The notes below the pieces were generated by a model, which saw only the letters and a list, made by a program, of their open reading frames with translations, searched no databases and was not told the DNA's origin. Shown here one piece after another: positions 1 through 10,149 of a stretch of DNA of 64,000 nucleotides (its first letter is position 1; each line of letters begins with the position of its first letter). The DNA comes from a bacterium (GTDB taxonomy: Bacteria > Margulisbacteria > WOR-1 > O2-12-FULL-45-9 > XYB2-FULL-48-7): NCBI GenBank assembly GCA_043812655.1, contig JBDRLW010000044.1:32001-96000 (forward strand), written 5' to 3'. Made by a program: the position numbers and the translations under genes.

Positions 1-1941
1 CGGATCCTCTCCCGCCGGACCAAAAACAATCCCGCCCTTTTAGGCGATCCTGGTGTCGGTAAAACCGCCATTGTCGAAGGGTTGGCCGAACGGATCATCA
101 AGGGCGACGTCCCGGAGATCCTTAAAGATAAACAAGTGATCTCTCTTGACCTTGGCGGCATGGTCGCAGGCACCAAATACCGGGGTGAATTTGAATCACG
201 CGTCAAGAAAGTTTTAGATGAGATCCTGGCTAAAAAACGAAAAGTAATTTTATTTATCGATGAGCTCCATACTTTAGTCGGAGCCGGCGGGGCCGAAGGG
301 GCGATCGACGCGGGAAATATGCTCAAGCCTTCCCTCGCCCGCGGTGAACTCCAAGTTATCGGCGCAACGACCGTTGACGAATATCGCAAAAACATTGAAA
401 AAGACGCGGCGCTGGAGCGGCGCTTCCAACCAGTCCTAGTAGCTGAGCCAACAGTTGAACAAACGATCGAGATCTTAAAAGGCTTAAGAGACCGTTATGA
501 AGCCCACCATCGGGTAAAAATTCCCGATGCGGCGATCGTGGCGGCCGCAACCCTCGCCCACCGGTATATTTCTGACCGGTTCTTGCCCGACAAAGCGATC
601 GACGTCATGGACGAGGCAGCGGCCAAAGTCCGCTTAAAGACAATTTCCCAACCGTCCGAACTTCGGTTGGCAAGCAAAGAATTGGAAAAATACAAAAAAG
701 AAAAAGAACCGGCCTTAAACGCTAAACAATACGATAAAGCCGCCGCCCTAGACAAAAAGATCACGGAAGCGGATAAGAAATACAAAGATCTCGAAGAAAA
801 ATGGAAGCATGAACGGAGCGCCGCCGAACCGACTGTCACCGAAGATGATATCGCCACGATCGTTTCCGATTGGACCGGAATCCCGGTCGTAAAACTGACC
901 GCCGCGGAAACAGAAAAATTGATCCAGATGGAAGTCGAGCTCCATAAACGGATCATCGGCCAGGACGAAGCCATCACCGCCATCTCCCAGGCGATCAGGC
1001 GCGGACGCGCGGGACTAAAGCCGCCGGAGCGGCCGGTCGGTTCGTTCATTTTCGCCGGACCAACCGGAGTCGGAAAGACTGAAGTCGCCAGACGCTTATC
1101 GGAATTTTTATTTGGCACTCAAGATGCGCTCATCCGGGTCGACATGTCGGAATATATGGAAAAGCATACCGTTTCCCGCTTGATCGGCGCCCCTCCCGGC
1201 TATGTCGGCTATGATGAAGGGGGAACTTTGACTGAAGCGGTCCGGCGCAAGCCTTATTCCGTTATTTTGTTTGATGAAATTGAAAAGGCCCATCCAGATG
1301 TCTTCAATGTTCTATTACAGCTTTTAGACGACGGCCGCCTAACCGATTCCAAGGGCCATATCGTAGACTTTAAGAACACGGTCGTGATCATGACCAGCAA
1401 TATCGGGCAGAAGGAGATCGTCCAACAAGGCCCGATCGGGTTTATGGCCAGGGAAGATCGGGAAGCGTCATATGAAAAGATGCGCGACACCGTTTTATCG
1501 GACATGAAGAAAGACTTCCGCCCCGAATTTTTGAACCGGGTCGACGAAATAATCGTTTTCCATCCGTTGACAGAGAACGAATTAAAGCAGATCGCCGGGT
1601 TGATCATTGCCGAGCTCCAGAAACAAGTCTTAACCCGCGGCCTAAAACTCGAAGTCTCTGACGCCGTTAAAGAGATGGTCATTAAAGAGGGTTATGAGCC
1701 AAAGTATGGCGCCAGGCCTCTGCGCCGCGCGGTCCAGCATCTTTTGGAGAACCAGCTGTCGAACGAGATCATCGCCGGTAAATTCAAAGATGGCGACACC
1801 GTGATCGCCGATGCTAAAGATGGCAAGATCACTTTTACCAAAGGGGTTGGTTCTCGGCCGTCGCTCCAATCAACGGAAAAAGAAAAGCCGTCTAAGCAAG
1901 AAGCAGAAGAGAAACCAAAACGGGGTCGGAAGAAACAGTAA
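1..1941 (+). CDS. clpC: ATP-dependent Clp protease ATP-binding subunit (ClpC-type), 5' end outside window
   Basis: Frame open from base 1 ([22 protein letters not shown]); second AAA+ module [19 protein letters not shown]-like middle region; YGARPLRR. Confidence 0.93.
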   Translation, partial: RILSRRTKNNPALLGDPGVGKTAIVEGLAERIIKGDVPEILKDKQVISLDLGGMVAGTKYRGEFESRVKKVLDEILAKKRKVILFIDELHTLVGAGGAEGAIDAGNMLKPSLARGELQVIGATTVDEYRKNIEKDAALERRFQPVLVAEPTVEQTIEILKGLRDRYEAHHRVKIPDAAIVAAATLAHRYISDRFLPDKAIDVMDEAAAKVRLKTISQPSELRLASKELEKYKKEKEPALNAKQYDKAAALDKKITEADKKYKDLEEKWKHERSAAEPTVTEDDIATIVSDWTGIPVVKLTAAETEKLIQMEVELHKRIIGQDEAITAISQAIRRGRAGLKPPERPVGSFIFAGPTGVGKTEVARRLSEFLFGTQDALIRVDMSEYMEKHTVSRLIGAPPGYVGYDEGGTLTEAVRRKPYSVILFDEIEKAHPDVFNVLLQLLDDGRLTDSKGHIVDFKNTVVIMTSNIGQKEIVQQGPIGFMAREDREASYEKMRDTVLSDMKKDFRPEFLNRVDEIIVFHPLTENELKQIAGLIIAELQKQVLTRGLKLEVSDAVKEMVIKEGYEPKYGARPLRRAVQHLLENQLSNEIIAGKFKDGDTVIADAKDGKITFTKGVGSRPSLQSTEKEKPSKQEAEEKPKRGRKKQ

Positions 1942-1954
1942 AAAAGGGGGAAGA

Positions 1955-2827
1955 ATGTCAACTATGCTATTCACTTTAGTTATCATAATGGTTTTGTTGT
2001 TCTTTTCTGGTATCCGCATTGTTAGGCCAACCCATCGCGGTTTGATCGAAAGGTTTGGAAAATATAAAAAGTTCGCCTCTCCCGGCTTCCATTGGATCAT
2101 CCCCATGATCGATAACATGTATTTTGTGAATATAACCGAGCAGATGATCGACGCCGAACCCCAGGAGATCATCACTTTTGACAACCTCAACGCCAAAGTC
2201 GATGCCCAGGTTTATTTTAAAGTCAAAGAAGACGAAGAAAATGTTAAACGGTCGCAATACAATGTTTTTAATTACCAGAACCAGATCGTTAACTTGGCCA
2301 GGACGACCCTCCGGAACATTATCGGCACGCTAACTTTAAAATCGGCTAATAGCGAGCGGGGCAAGATCAATGATGAACTGCATAAAACTTTAATGGATGA
2401 AACTTCCCACTGGGGGATCCAGGTCGTCAGGACAGAGCTCAAGGAGATAGACCCACCCAAAGACGTGCAGGAAACCATGAATAAAGTGGTCAAAGCGGAG
2501 AATGAAAAGATCTCAGCTGTCGATTACGCGACAGCAACAGAAACAAAAGCTGATGGTGAAAGACGGTCGGAGATCAAAAAAGCCGAAGGGATCAAACGAG
2601 CCAAGATCTTGGCAGCCGAGGGAGAAGCCGAAGCGATCAAACTGGTCAACGAAGCAGCGGAAAAATATTTTATCGGCAATGCCCAGGTTTTGCGCAAACT
2701 TGAAGCTGTTGAAAAATCACTAGAGAAAAACACCAAGATCGTCATCCCTCAAAAGACCGAACTGGTTAACGTGATCGGGGAAATGGCCGGATTCTTGCCT
2801 TATAAGATTAAAGAAAGCACTGAATAG
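1955..2827 (+). CDS. SPFH/band-7 (stomatin-like) membrane protein
   Basis: N-terminal TM, ERFGKY..PGFHWIIP, LRNIIG..L, AEAE-rich coiled coil; ATG 1955 follows AAGGGGG SD. Confidence 0.9.
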   Translation: MSTMLFTLVIIMVLLFFSGIRIVRPTHRGLIERFGKYKKFASPGFHWIIPMIDNMYFVNITEQMIDAEPQEIITFDNLNAKVDAQVYFKVKEDEENVKRSQYNVFNYQNQIVNLARTTLRNIIGTLTLKSANSERGKINDELHKTLMDETSHWGIQVVRTELKEIDPPKDVQETMNKVVKAENEKISAVDYATATETKADGERRSEIKKAEGIKRAKILAAEGEAEAIKLVNEAAEKYFIGNAQVLRKLEAVEKSLEKNTKIVIPQKTELVNVIGEMAGFLPYKIKESTE

Positions 2828-2912
2828 AGATTTATAGCACTTTCAACTTTACCTCGATATTTACTCTTGCTATACTATAATAGTCGTTACAAGCTGAAGG
2901 AGATCAAATAAA

Positions 2913-3197
2913 ATGACAATTGAAGATATTAAAAAGAAGGTAAAGCCTTTTCTATTAGAAGGTGGAGTTAAAAAGGCGGGACTTTTTGGTTCGGTCGCTA
3001 AAGGGCTGGAAAGAGAAGATAGCGATGTAGACATTTTAGTTGAATTTGGGAAAGAGAATTTAAGTCTACTAGAATTTATTGGGCTTAAACAGGCGCTGGA
3101 AGAAGCCTTAGGGAAAAAAGTTGATCTGGTAGAATATACAACCATCAAACCACTTTTAAGAACCAGGATTTTAGCCGAAGAGATCTCCATCTTATGA
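2913..3197 (+). CDS. Minimal nucleotidyltransferase (MNT) antitoxin
   Basis: GS-X10-DVD motif (FGSVAKGLEREDSDVD), KVDLV; SD AAGGAG. Confidence 0.9.
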   Translation: MTIEDIKKKVKPFLLEGGVKKAGLFGSVAKGLEREDSDVDILVEFGKENLSLLEFIGLKQALEEALGKKVDLVEYTTIKPLLRTRILAEEISIL

Positions 3198-3529
3198 AGA
3201 GAGATTACTCCATCTACCTGCAAGATATTCTGGAAAGCATTTCCGCGATTGAAGAATATGTGAAAGATTTTTCGGTGGCAAGATTCCAGGATAATCGCCA
3301 GGTTCAAGATGCAGTTATTAGACGGTTAGAAATAATTGGCGAGGCGGTTAAAAACCTTGATGATGATTTTAGGAATAATTATCCGCAAATCCCTTGGAAG
3401 CAGATCGCAGGGATGAGAGATGTTTTGATCCATGAATATTTCGGGGTTAATTCTCTTCGTGTTTGGGAAGCAATCCAAAAAGATCTCCCACCCCTTAAAC
3501 AGAACATACTCACAATTATTAATAAATGA
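3194..3529 (+). CDS. HEPN (DUF86) RNase toxin
   Basis: [25 protein letters not shown] (RX4HXY); overlaps MNT and leuS by ATGA. Confidence 0.9.
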   Translation: MKRDYSIYLQDILESISAIEEYVKDFSVARFQDNRQVQDAVIRRLEIIGEAVKNLDDDFRNNYPQIPWKQIAGMRDVLIHEYFGVNSLRVWEAIQKDLPPLKQNILTIINK

Positions 3530-5952
3530 CAGACTATCTTCCCTCCCAAATCGAACCAAAATGGCAAGCCGAGTGGGATAAGGAACATCTCTTCCTAACA
3601 GACGAACAAATGGCTCGACAGGCCCTTCGACAAGCTCAGGGCAGCATCGAGCGGGGTCGAGATGCTCGCCATCCCAGCCATCCCGAGCTCTGCCGAGGGA
3701 CTAACAAACTAAAATACTATGCGCTAGTAATGTTCCCCTACCTCTCCGGCAACCTCCACATGGGTCACGTTAGAAATTACGCTATCGGTGATGTCATCGC
3801 TCGCTATAAAAGACTGCAAGGCTTTTCTGTCCTCCACCCGATCGGTTGGGACGCGTTTGGGATGCCGGCGGAAAATGCCGCGATCAAAAACAAAACCCAC
3901 CCCGAACCGTGGACCGACAGCTGTATCGAGCGGATGAAAAAACAATTGAAGCGGCTCGGCATTTCCTACGATTGGGACCGCGAAGTTAACACCAGCAAAC
4001 CCGATTATTACAAATGGACGCAATGGCTGTTTCTTCTTATGTATGAACGAGGCCTCGCCTACCGAAAAAAAGCGACCGTTAATTGGTGCCCCAAATGTGC
4101 GACAGTCTTGGCCAACGAGCAGGTCGTCAAGGAGAACCAATGCTGGCGCTGTGAATCGATCGTTGAAGAGAAAGACCTGGAACAATGGTTCTTCAAGATC
4201 ACCGATTACGCCGACCGGTTGTTAAATGATATTGAAAAACTCTCCGGCTGGCCCGAGCCAGTCAAGATAATGCAGCGAAATTGGATTGGGAAGTCGGAAG
4301 GAGTCGAAATTAAATTCCGAATTACGAATGACGAATTACGAATTAAGGAATTATTGATATATACCACAAGGCCTGACACGCTATTCGGCGTAACCTACAT
4401 GGTTCTCGCTCCTGAACATCCGATGGCACTCGAAATTTCGAAAGGAACAGCTCAAGAAAAGGCAGTTCAAGATTACATTGAAAAAGTAAAACACGAAAGT
4501 ACTCATGAACGGACAGTTTCTACCGGCAAAGATGGCGTCTTTACTGGCGGCTATGCGATCAATCCTGCTACTGGCGAAGAAATCCCGATCTGGATCGCTG
4601 ATTATGTCTTGATGGGTTACGGCACCGGGGCCATCATGGCCGTTCCCGCTCATGACGACCGCGATTTTGCTTTTGCCCAGCAGAATAATTTGCCAATTAA
4701 ACAGGCCGAACCATATACCGGCAACATCGGCACAAAAAAAACCAATTATAAGCTCCGCGATTGGCTCGTTTCCCGCCAAAGATATTGGGGCGCCCCGATC
4801 CCGATCATCTATTGTGAAAAATGCGGGATCGTTCCAGTCCCCAAAGAGGACTTACCGGTTAAATTACCAATGGACGTAAAATTCACCGGCGAAGGGGCCT
4901 CACCTCTCACCACATCGCAGACATTTTTGAATGTTAAATGCCCTAAATGCGGAAGCGTTGGGCGAAGGGAGACTGATACTCTCGATACTTTTAATTGTTC
5001 TTCCTGGTATTATTTCAGATATTCCGACCCAAAAAATAATGCCGAACCATTCAGCAAAGATAAAGCCAAAAAATGGCTGCCAGTCGATCAATATATTGGC
5101 GGGATCGAGCACGCCATCCTTCATCTATTATATTCCAGATTTTTCACCAAAGTTTTATTTGACGCCGGCTGGTCAGCCACCGACGAACCGTTCACTAACC
5201 TCTTAACCCAAGGGATGGTCGTCAAAGACGGCGCCAAGATGAGCAAATCCAAAGGGAATGTCGTCGATCCTGATTATATTGTAGAAAAATACGGCGCCGA
5301 CACCGCGCGGCTCTTCATTCTCTTCGCTTCTCCGCCAGAAAAAGAACTTGAATGGTCGGATAAGGGAGTTGAAGGGTGCTATAGATTTCTGAATAGAGTG
5401 TGGCGACTGGTTTCTGAAAAATCCCAAATCCCAAGCACCAAATCCCAAACAAATTCCAATGACCAAAATTCAAAATTACAAACAAAACTGCATCAAACTA
5501 TAAAAAGCGTTACCGAAGATATCGAACGCTTCTCCTTCAATACTGCCATTGCAAGGCTAATGGAATTGACCAACGCATTTTATGAACAATTAAATAATAG
5601 CTCCACAATTGGAAATTGGTCATTGGAAATTGGTCATTTGCTCCAGCTCCTCTCCCCCTTTGCCCCCCACCTTGCCGACGAACTCTGGCATCAGTTGGGA
5701 AATAAAGGATCGATCTTGAAAGAAGCCTGGCCAAAATATGACCCAGCTTTGATAGTCGAGTCGGAAATAACAATTGCCGTTCAAGTTAACGGCAAACTTC
5801 GAGAGACTTTAGTTGTCCCAGCAGAAGCAAATGAAAACGAGATCAAAGAAAAAGCCCTCGCCAGTGAAAAAGTTAAAGTCTTTACCACCGGCAAAGAGAT
5901 CAAAAAAACGATCTACGTCCCCAAAAAGCTGTTAAATTTAGTGGTTTTGTAA
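3526..5952 (+). CDS. leuS: Leucine--tRNA ligase
   Basis: [45 protein letters not shown]; carries several repeat-derived insertions. Confidence 0.97.
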   Translation: MTDYLPSQIEPKWQAEWDKEHLFLTDEQMARQALRQAQGSIERGRDARHPSHPELCRGTNKLKYYALVMFPYLSGNLHMGHVRNYAIGDVIARYKRLQGFSVLHPIGWDAFGMPAENAAIKNKTHPEPWTDSCIERMKKQLKRLGISYDWDREVNTSKPDYYKWTQWLFLLMYERGLAYRKKATVNWCPKCATVLANEQVVKENQCWRCESIVEEKDLEQWFFKITDYADRLLNDIEKLSGWPEPVKIMQRNWIGKSEGVEIKFRITNDELRIKELLIYTTRPDTLFGVTYMVLAPEHPMALEISKGTAQEKAVQDYIEKVKHESTHERTVSTGKDGVFTGGYAINPATGEEIPIWIADYVLMGYGTGAIMAVPAHDDRDFAFAQQNNLPIKQAEPYTGNIGTKKTNYKLRDWLVSRQRYWGAPIPIIYCEKCGIVPVPKEDLPVKLPMDVKFTGEGASPLTTSQTFLNVKCPKCGSVGRRETDTLDTFNCSSWYYFRYSDPKNNAEPFSKDKAKKWLPVDQYIGGIEHAILHLLYSRFFTKVLFDAGWSATDEPFTNLLTQGMVVKDGAKMSKSKGNVVDPDYIVEKYGADTARLFILFASPPEKELEWSDKGVEGCYRFLNRVWRLVSEKSQIPSTKSQTNSNDQNSKLQTKLHQTIKSVTEDIERFSFNTAIARLMELTNAFYEQLNNSSTIGNWSLEIGHLLQLLSPFAPHLADELWHQLGNKGSILKEAWPKYDPALIVESEITIAVQVNGKLRETLVVPAEANENEIKEKALASEKVKVFTTGKEIKKTIYVPKKLLNLVVL
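3610..3700. repeat. In-frame REP-like palindromic insertion in leuS
   Basis: CCCTTCGACAAGCTCAGGG ... CCCGAGCTCTGCCGAGGG; encodes ~30 aa ([16 protein letters not shown]) not typical of LeuRS. Confidence 0.75.
4315..4349. repeat. Degenerate heptamer tandem array inside leuS
   Basis: TTCCGAA TTACGAA TGACGAA TTACGAA TTAAGGA. Confidence 0.8.
5419..5483. repeat. Degenerate heptamer tandem array inside leuS
   Basis: AAATCCC AAATCCC AAGCACC AAATCCC aaac AAATTCC AATGACC AAAATTC AAAATTA. Confidence 0.8.
5609..5640. repeat. Heptamer array inside leuS, inverted relative to 5419-5483
   Basis: TTGGAAA TTGGTCA TTGGAAA TTGGTCA; 5616-5628 is the exact reverse complement of 5454-5466. Confidence 0.8.
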
Positions 5953-5955
5953 TAA

Positions 5956-6075
5956 CCCTCACCCCCTGCCCCTCTCCCAAAGGGAGAGGGGTGATTGAAA
6001 CTTAATTGTTTATCAAAATCCAACCCTCTCCCCCTGGGAGGGGGTCGATCCGCCGAGGGCGGATCGGGGTGAGGG
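5956..6075. repeat. MITE/REP-like element with terminal inverted repeats and internal hairpins
   Basis: CCCTCACCCC...GGGGTGAGGG ends; internal CCCCTCTCCC-AAA-GGGAGAGGGG; related copy at 57895-58024. Confidence 0.75.
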
Positions 6076-6105
6076 CTGCATTGTTTGTCATGCTATAATG
6101 AATTT

Positions 6106-7752
6106 ATGGACGAAAGCATCCAAAAACCAGCCAGATACGTCGGAGGGGAAGTCGGCGCGATCAAGAAGGATTGGGAGAAAGCGAAAGTAAAAGTCGCCCT
6201 CGCCTACCCTGACCTTTACGAGATCGGCATGTCCAATCTTGGGATACAGATCCTCTACCATATAATAAATAACCAGGAGGATTGCCTGGCGGAGAGAGTG
6301 TTTGCCCCTTGGCCGGATATGGAAAAACAACTTCAAACTACAAACTGCAAACTGCAAAGTTTAGAATCATTTAAACCTCTTAACGAATTCGATCTAATTG
6401 GTTTCAGCTTAGGCCACGAACTAACCTACACTAATATAGTTACTATGTTAAAACTAAGTGGAATCCCTGTCCGCAGTGCGGAGCGGGGAGAAAACGACCC
6501 GATCATCCTAGGCGGCGGACCGTGCGCTTTTAATCCCGAACCGATCGCTGATTTCTTTGACTGCTTTGTCATCGGCGAAGCGGAAGAAGTGATTGTTGAG
6601 ATAATTAAAAATGAAAAATTAAAAATGAAAAATGAAGGTAGAAGTAATATATTAAAAAGCTTAGCTGAAATTGATGGTGTTTACGTTCCGGGAATCAGTA
6701 AACTAGTTAAAAAACGCTATGTTAAAGACCTATCCTCTACCCCCTACCCCCTAGCCCCTATCGTCCCTTTCATCGAAGCGATCCACGACCGGGCGGCGAT
6801 CGAAATTATGCGGGGGTGCAAATGGGGCTGTAAGTTTTGCCAGGCTGGTTGGACTGGTTTACCGGTTAGAGAAAAAAAGATGGATGTTTTGATCGATCAA
6901 GCCGACCAAATCTTAAAAAATACCGGCTATGACGAACTTTCTCTCATCTCTTTATCTAGCACCGATTACAGTAAGATCGATGAACTGGCTAAAACTCTAG
7001 CCTCCAAATATGAGAAGCAAAAAATTAATATTTCCCTCCCCTCCACCAGGACTAATTCATTTTCAATCAAATTAGCTAAAGAAATCTCGAGAGTTAGAGT
7101 CGGAAGCATTACTATTGCACCAGAAGCCGGCACTCAACACCTGCGTGATTACATCGGTAAAAACATGAGTGAAGAAAATATTTTGGAGAGCGTCAAAGCC
7201 GCTTTTGCCGAAGGGATCGAGGCGATCAAGCTCTATTTTATGATCGGCTTACCGACCGAAACCCAAGAAGACCTGCAAGGAATTTGTGACCTAACGAATA
7301 AGATCATGGCCATCGGCCGCAGTTCTAGTCGAAGAGCCAGGATAACGGCGAACCTTTCAACTTTTATCCCCAAACCCCACACCCCATTCCAGTGGGAAGA
7401 GCAGATCGGGATTGAAGCCACGATCGAAAAACAGAAATTTATTAAGCAAAATATGAGGAATAAGGGAATCGAGATTCGCTGGCATCAAGCCGAAGCCAGT
7501 TTTCTGGAAGGGGTCTTCTCCCGCGGCGATAAACAACTCTCAAAAGTCATCGAAAAAGCCTGGGAACTCGGCGCCCGCCTCGACGCCTGGTCAGAACACT
7601 TTAAATTTGAGATATGGCAAAAGGCTTTCCAGGAATGCAGCATCGATCCCCTCCGGTATCTGGCATCCAAACCTAAAGACTCTCCCCTCCCCTGGGATTT
7701 TATCGATACGGGCGTTAGCAAAGAGGCGCTGTTGAACTCTTTATCGAAGTAA
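6106..7752 (+). CDS. B12-binding radical SAM protein (TIGR03960-like)
   Basis: KPARYVGGE, YPDLYEIGMSNLG, CKWGCKFC, APEAGT, KLYFMIGLP, PKPHTPFQW, LPWDFID. Confidence 0.88.
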   Translation: MDESIQKPARYVGGEVGAIKKDWEKAKVKVALAYPDLYEIGMSNLGIQILYHIINNQEDCLAERVFAPWPDMEKQLQTTNCKLQSLESFKPLNEFDLIGFSLGHELTYTNIVTMLKLSGIPVRSAERGENDPIILGGGPCAFNPEPIADFFDCFVIGEAEEVIVEIIKNEKLKMKNEGRSNILKSLAEIDGVYVPGISKLVKKRYVKDLSSTPYPLAPIVPFIEAIHDRAAIEIMRGCKWGCKFCQAGWTGLPVREKKMDVLIDQADQILKNTGYDELSLISLSSTDYSKIDELAKTLASKYEKQKINISLPSTRTNSFSIKLAKEISRVRVGSITIAPEAGTQHLRDYIGKNMSEENILESVKAAFAEGIEAIKLYFMIGLPTETQEDLQGICDLTNKIMAIGRSSSRRARITANLSTFIPKPHTPFQWEEQIGIEATIEKQKFIKQNMRNKGIEIRWHQAEASFLEGVFSRGDKQLSKVIEKAWELGARLDAWSEHFKFEIWQKAFQECSIDPLRYLASKPKDSPLPWDFIDTGVSKEALLNSLSK

Positions 7753-7819
7753 GAACCCTTGCCGGATTATTGCCGGATTGTTTTATCGGTGTTACAATAG
7801 ATAAAAGAGAGGTATATTA

Positions 7820-8119
7820 ATGACTCCATTAGTTATTGACACTGATAAATTATCGAAAATGTGCGGAAAATATGATATTTCGTTTTTGGGGATCTTTGGT
7901 TCTTATGCTCGGGGAGATCAAACAGCGAAAAGCGACCTCGACCTCTTGGCAAAGTTTTCTAAGAGAAAGAGCCTGCTTGACCTGGTAAAAACCGAAAGAG
8001 AACTTTCTACTGCTCTGAATGTTAAGGTAGACCTCTTAACCGAAAAATCCCTTAGTCCCTATTTAAGGGACAAAGTCATGGGAAGCTTAAAGGTGGTTTA
8101 TGACCGAGAGAAACGATAA
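7820..8119 (+). CDS. MNT antitoxin
   Basis: FGSYARGDQTAKSDLD, KVDLLT. Confidence 0.9.
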   Translation: MTPLVIDTDKLSKMCGKYDISFLGIFGSYARGDQTAKSDLDLLAKFSKRKSLLDLVKTERELSTALNVKVDLLTEKSLSPYLRDKVMGSLKVVYDREKR

Positions 8120-8438
8120 TCTATACCTGCAACACATTTCAGATGCCATTAAAAAGATCGAGGAGTACGCAAAAGGCCTTGATTATAAAGATTTTTTGCA
8201 AAATACATTAGTACAAGACGGCATTATTAGACAGATTGAAATCATTGGCGAGGCCACCAAGAACTTGTCTGATGCTACTCGCAATGAATATAAAAATATC
8301 CCCTGGAAAGACATTGCTGGGATGAGGGATAAATTAATACATGACTATTTTGGCGTTGACATCGACGCTATCTGGGAAACCGTAAAGACAGACATTATCG
8401 AATTAAAATCAGAAATAGCATCGATCCTAAAACCTTAA
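8100..8438 (+). CDS. HEPN (DUF86) RNase toxin
   Basis: EIIGEA..PWKDIAGMRDKLIHDY. Confidence 0.9.
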   Translation: MTERNDNLYLQHISDAIKKIEEYAKGLDYKDFLQNTLVQDGIIRQIEIIGEATKNLSDATRNEYKNIPWKDIAGMRDKLIHDYFGVDIDAIWETVKTDIIELKSEIASILKP

Positions 8439-8477
8439 CTCATTTCAATTAAACGTTTTTTTCTATTTTAATTTACC

Positions 8478-8777
8478 ATGCAGCAAATAAAAATTAAATA
8501 CCGCAAAGGGGAACAGGTTAAATATATCTCGCACCGCGACTTGATGCGGGCGGTTCAGCGGGCGATCAGGCGGGCGGAATTGCCGATCGCCTATTCACAA
8601 GGTTTTAACCCGCACATGAAGATCTCCTGGGGAAACGCCCTCAAGGTCGGCGCCACTTCCGAAGGCGAATTCGCAACACTACAGCTTGACGGCTGGATGA
8701 ATCCCGAGAAGCTTATCCCCCTCCTCAACGCCAAACTCCCTGCCGGTCTTGAAGTAATAGACGCCGCTGTGGTATAA
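8478..8777 (+). CDS. Radical SAM-linked protein (TIGR03936/DUF2344-like), short form
   Basis: KYISHRDLMR..RAIRRAELPIAYSQGFNPH; only 99 aa. Confidence 0.8.
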   Translation: MQQIKIKYRKGEQVKYISHRDLMRAVQRAIRRAELPIAYSQGFNPHMKISWGNALKVGATSEGEFATLQLDGWMNPEKLIPLLNAKLPAGLEVIDAAVV

Positions 8778-8787
8778 TACATAAACT

Positions 8788-9099
8788 ATGTACGCTGTAA
8801 TTGAAACTGGTGGTAAACAATATCTCGTCAACAAGGGTGAAACCATCGACGTTGAGCTTTTAGACGCCAAGGATAATTTCACTTTTGACAATATCCTCTT
8901 GGTCGCAGATGGTGAGGACGTTAAGATCGGCGCTCCTTATGTCGCCGGGGCAAAGGTAACAGCCAAGGTCTTGGGCGACAATAAAGATGATAAAGTCACC
9001 ACTTTTAAATATCGGCACAAAGTTAACTACCATCGGACCATTGGTCACCGGCAAAATTATACCCGGATACAGATCGAGGAGATAAAACATGGCGCATAA
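8788..9099 (+). CDS. rplU: 50S ribosomal protein L21
   Basis: [12 protein letters not shown]...GHRQNYT. Confidence 0.97.
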   Translation: MYAVIETGGKQYLVNKGETIDVELLDAKDNFTFDNILLVADGEDVKIGAPYVAGAKVTAKVLGDNKDDKVTTFKYRHKVNYHRTIGHRQNYTRIQIEEIKHGA

Positions 9100-9334
9100 A
9101 AAAGGGGGCGGCACCTCCCGTAACGGCCGCGATTCTAACGCCCAACGGCTCGGCGTCAAGGTTTTTGGCGGCCAAAAGATCTCGGCCGGCGGCATTATCA
9201 TCCGCCAAGTTGGCAGCCGGTTTTATCCCGGTAAAAATGCCGGTATCGGTTCAGACTTCACCATTTACGCTAAAGCAGACGGCGTGGTGGTGTTTGAACC
9301 AGGCAAAAAGATCAGCGTCCAGCCAGTCGCCTAA
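9089..9334 (+). CDS. rpmA: 50S ribosomal protein L27
   Basis: [21 protein letters not shown]; no N-terminal extension. Confidence 0.97.
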   Translation: MAHKKGGGTSRNGRDSNAQRLGVKVFGGQKISAGGIIIRQVGSRFYPGKNAGIGSDFTIYAKADGVVVFEPGKKISVQPVA

Positions 9335-10095
9335 TGGCTAAAAAATCCTACAGCAAAATCGTCATCAAGATCGGTTCCAGCACTTTAACTACCCCCCAAG
9401 GTAATCTCGATCTTAGCAATCTTAAAAGAATAGCCTCCGAAGCCGCTAAATTAATTAAACAAAAAAAACAGGTTTTGATCGTGACTTCCGGCGCGGTTAT
9501 CACCGGCGCGCAAAAACTTAAGCTTGGTAAACCAAAAAATATCCCCGAAAAGCAGGCGGCCGCGGCCGTTGGACAATCAACCTTGGTACGCCAATACGAA
9601 AAAGCTTTTGAACGCTATGGGATCCATGTCGCCCAGGTCCTGCTGACCAAGGATTCTATTGCCGATCCTGAACGCTCGGTCAATACTAAGAACTGCATCG
9701 CCACCCTGCTGAACGAAAAAGTCGTCCCGATCGTCAACGAGAATGACGTTGTCGCCATCGATGAGATCAAGATCGGTGATAATGACAACTTAGCTGCCCT
9801 GACCGCCAGCTTGATCGGCGCCGACCTGTTGATAGTTTTAACCGATGTTGACGGCTTTTACCTTAATTCTTCGGTCGTCCCGGAGATCAGGGAGATCACC
9901 GCGGAGATCAAAGAAGCGGCCGGCAAGCCCGGCTCTGGAGTGGGGACCGGCGGCATGACGACCAAGGTCCAAGCGGCGGAAATTTGTTTTGCCAGCGGGA
10001 TCGATATGGCGATTGTTAACGGCCGCAAAAAAGGAGTTATTGCCGCGATCGCGACCGGCCAGAAAACTGGGACTTTATTCTGCCGGCTTAGCTAG
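9334..10095 (+). CDS. proB: Glutamate 5-kinase (no PUA domain)
   Basis: KIGSS, TSGAV, AAAVGQ, VNEND, GDND, GTGGMTTK. Confidence 0.93.
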   Translation: MAKKSYSKIVIKIGSSTLTTPQGNLDLSNLKRIASEAAKLIKQKKQVLIVTSGAVITGAQKLKLGKPKNIPEKQAAAAVGQSTLVRQYEKAFERYGIHVAQVLLTKDSIADPERSVNTKNCIATLLNEKVVPIVNENDVVAIDEIKIGDNDNLAALTASLIGADLLIVLTDVDGFYLNSSVVPEIREITAEIKEAAGKPGSGVGTGGMTTKVQAAEICFASGIDMAIVNGRKKGVIAAIATGQKTGTLFCRLS

Positions 10096-10149
10096 CGACC
10101 TCCCTTGGTTTGTGGTAAAATCGATCATTAAATTTAGAAAGGGGTTTAT

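Noticed and set aside
1811..1954. Extended start of SPFH gene
   Set aside because: Overlaps clpC; an SD-led ATG at 1955 precedes the TM helix.
4315..6760. Short repeat arrays as CRISPR or simple phase-variation tracts
   Set aside because: No repeat-spacer structure or cas genes; units are degenerate and lie in an essential gene where on/off switching is implausible.
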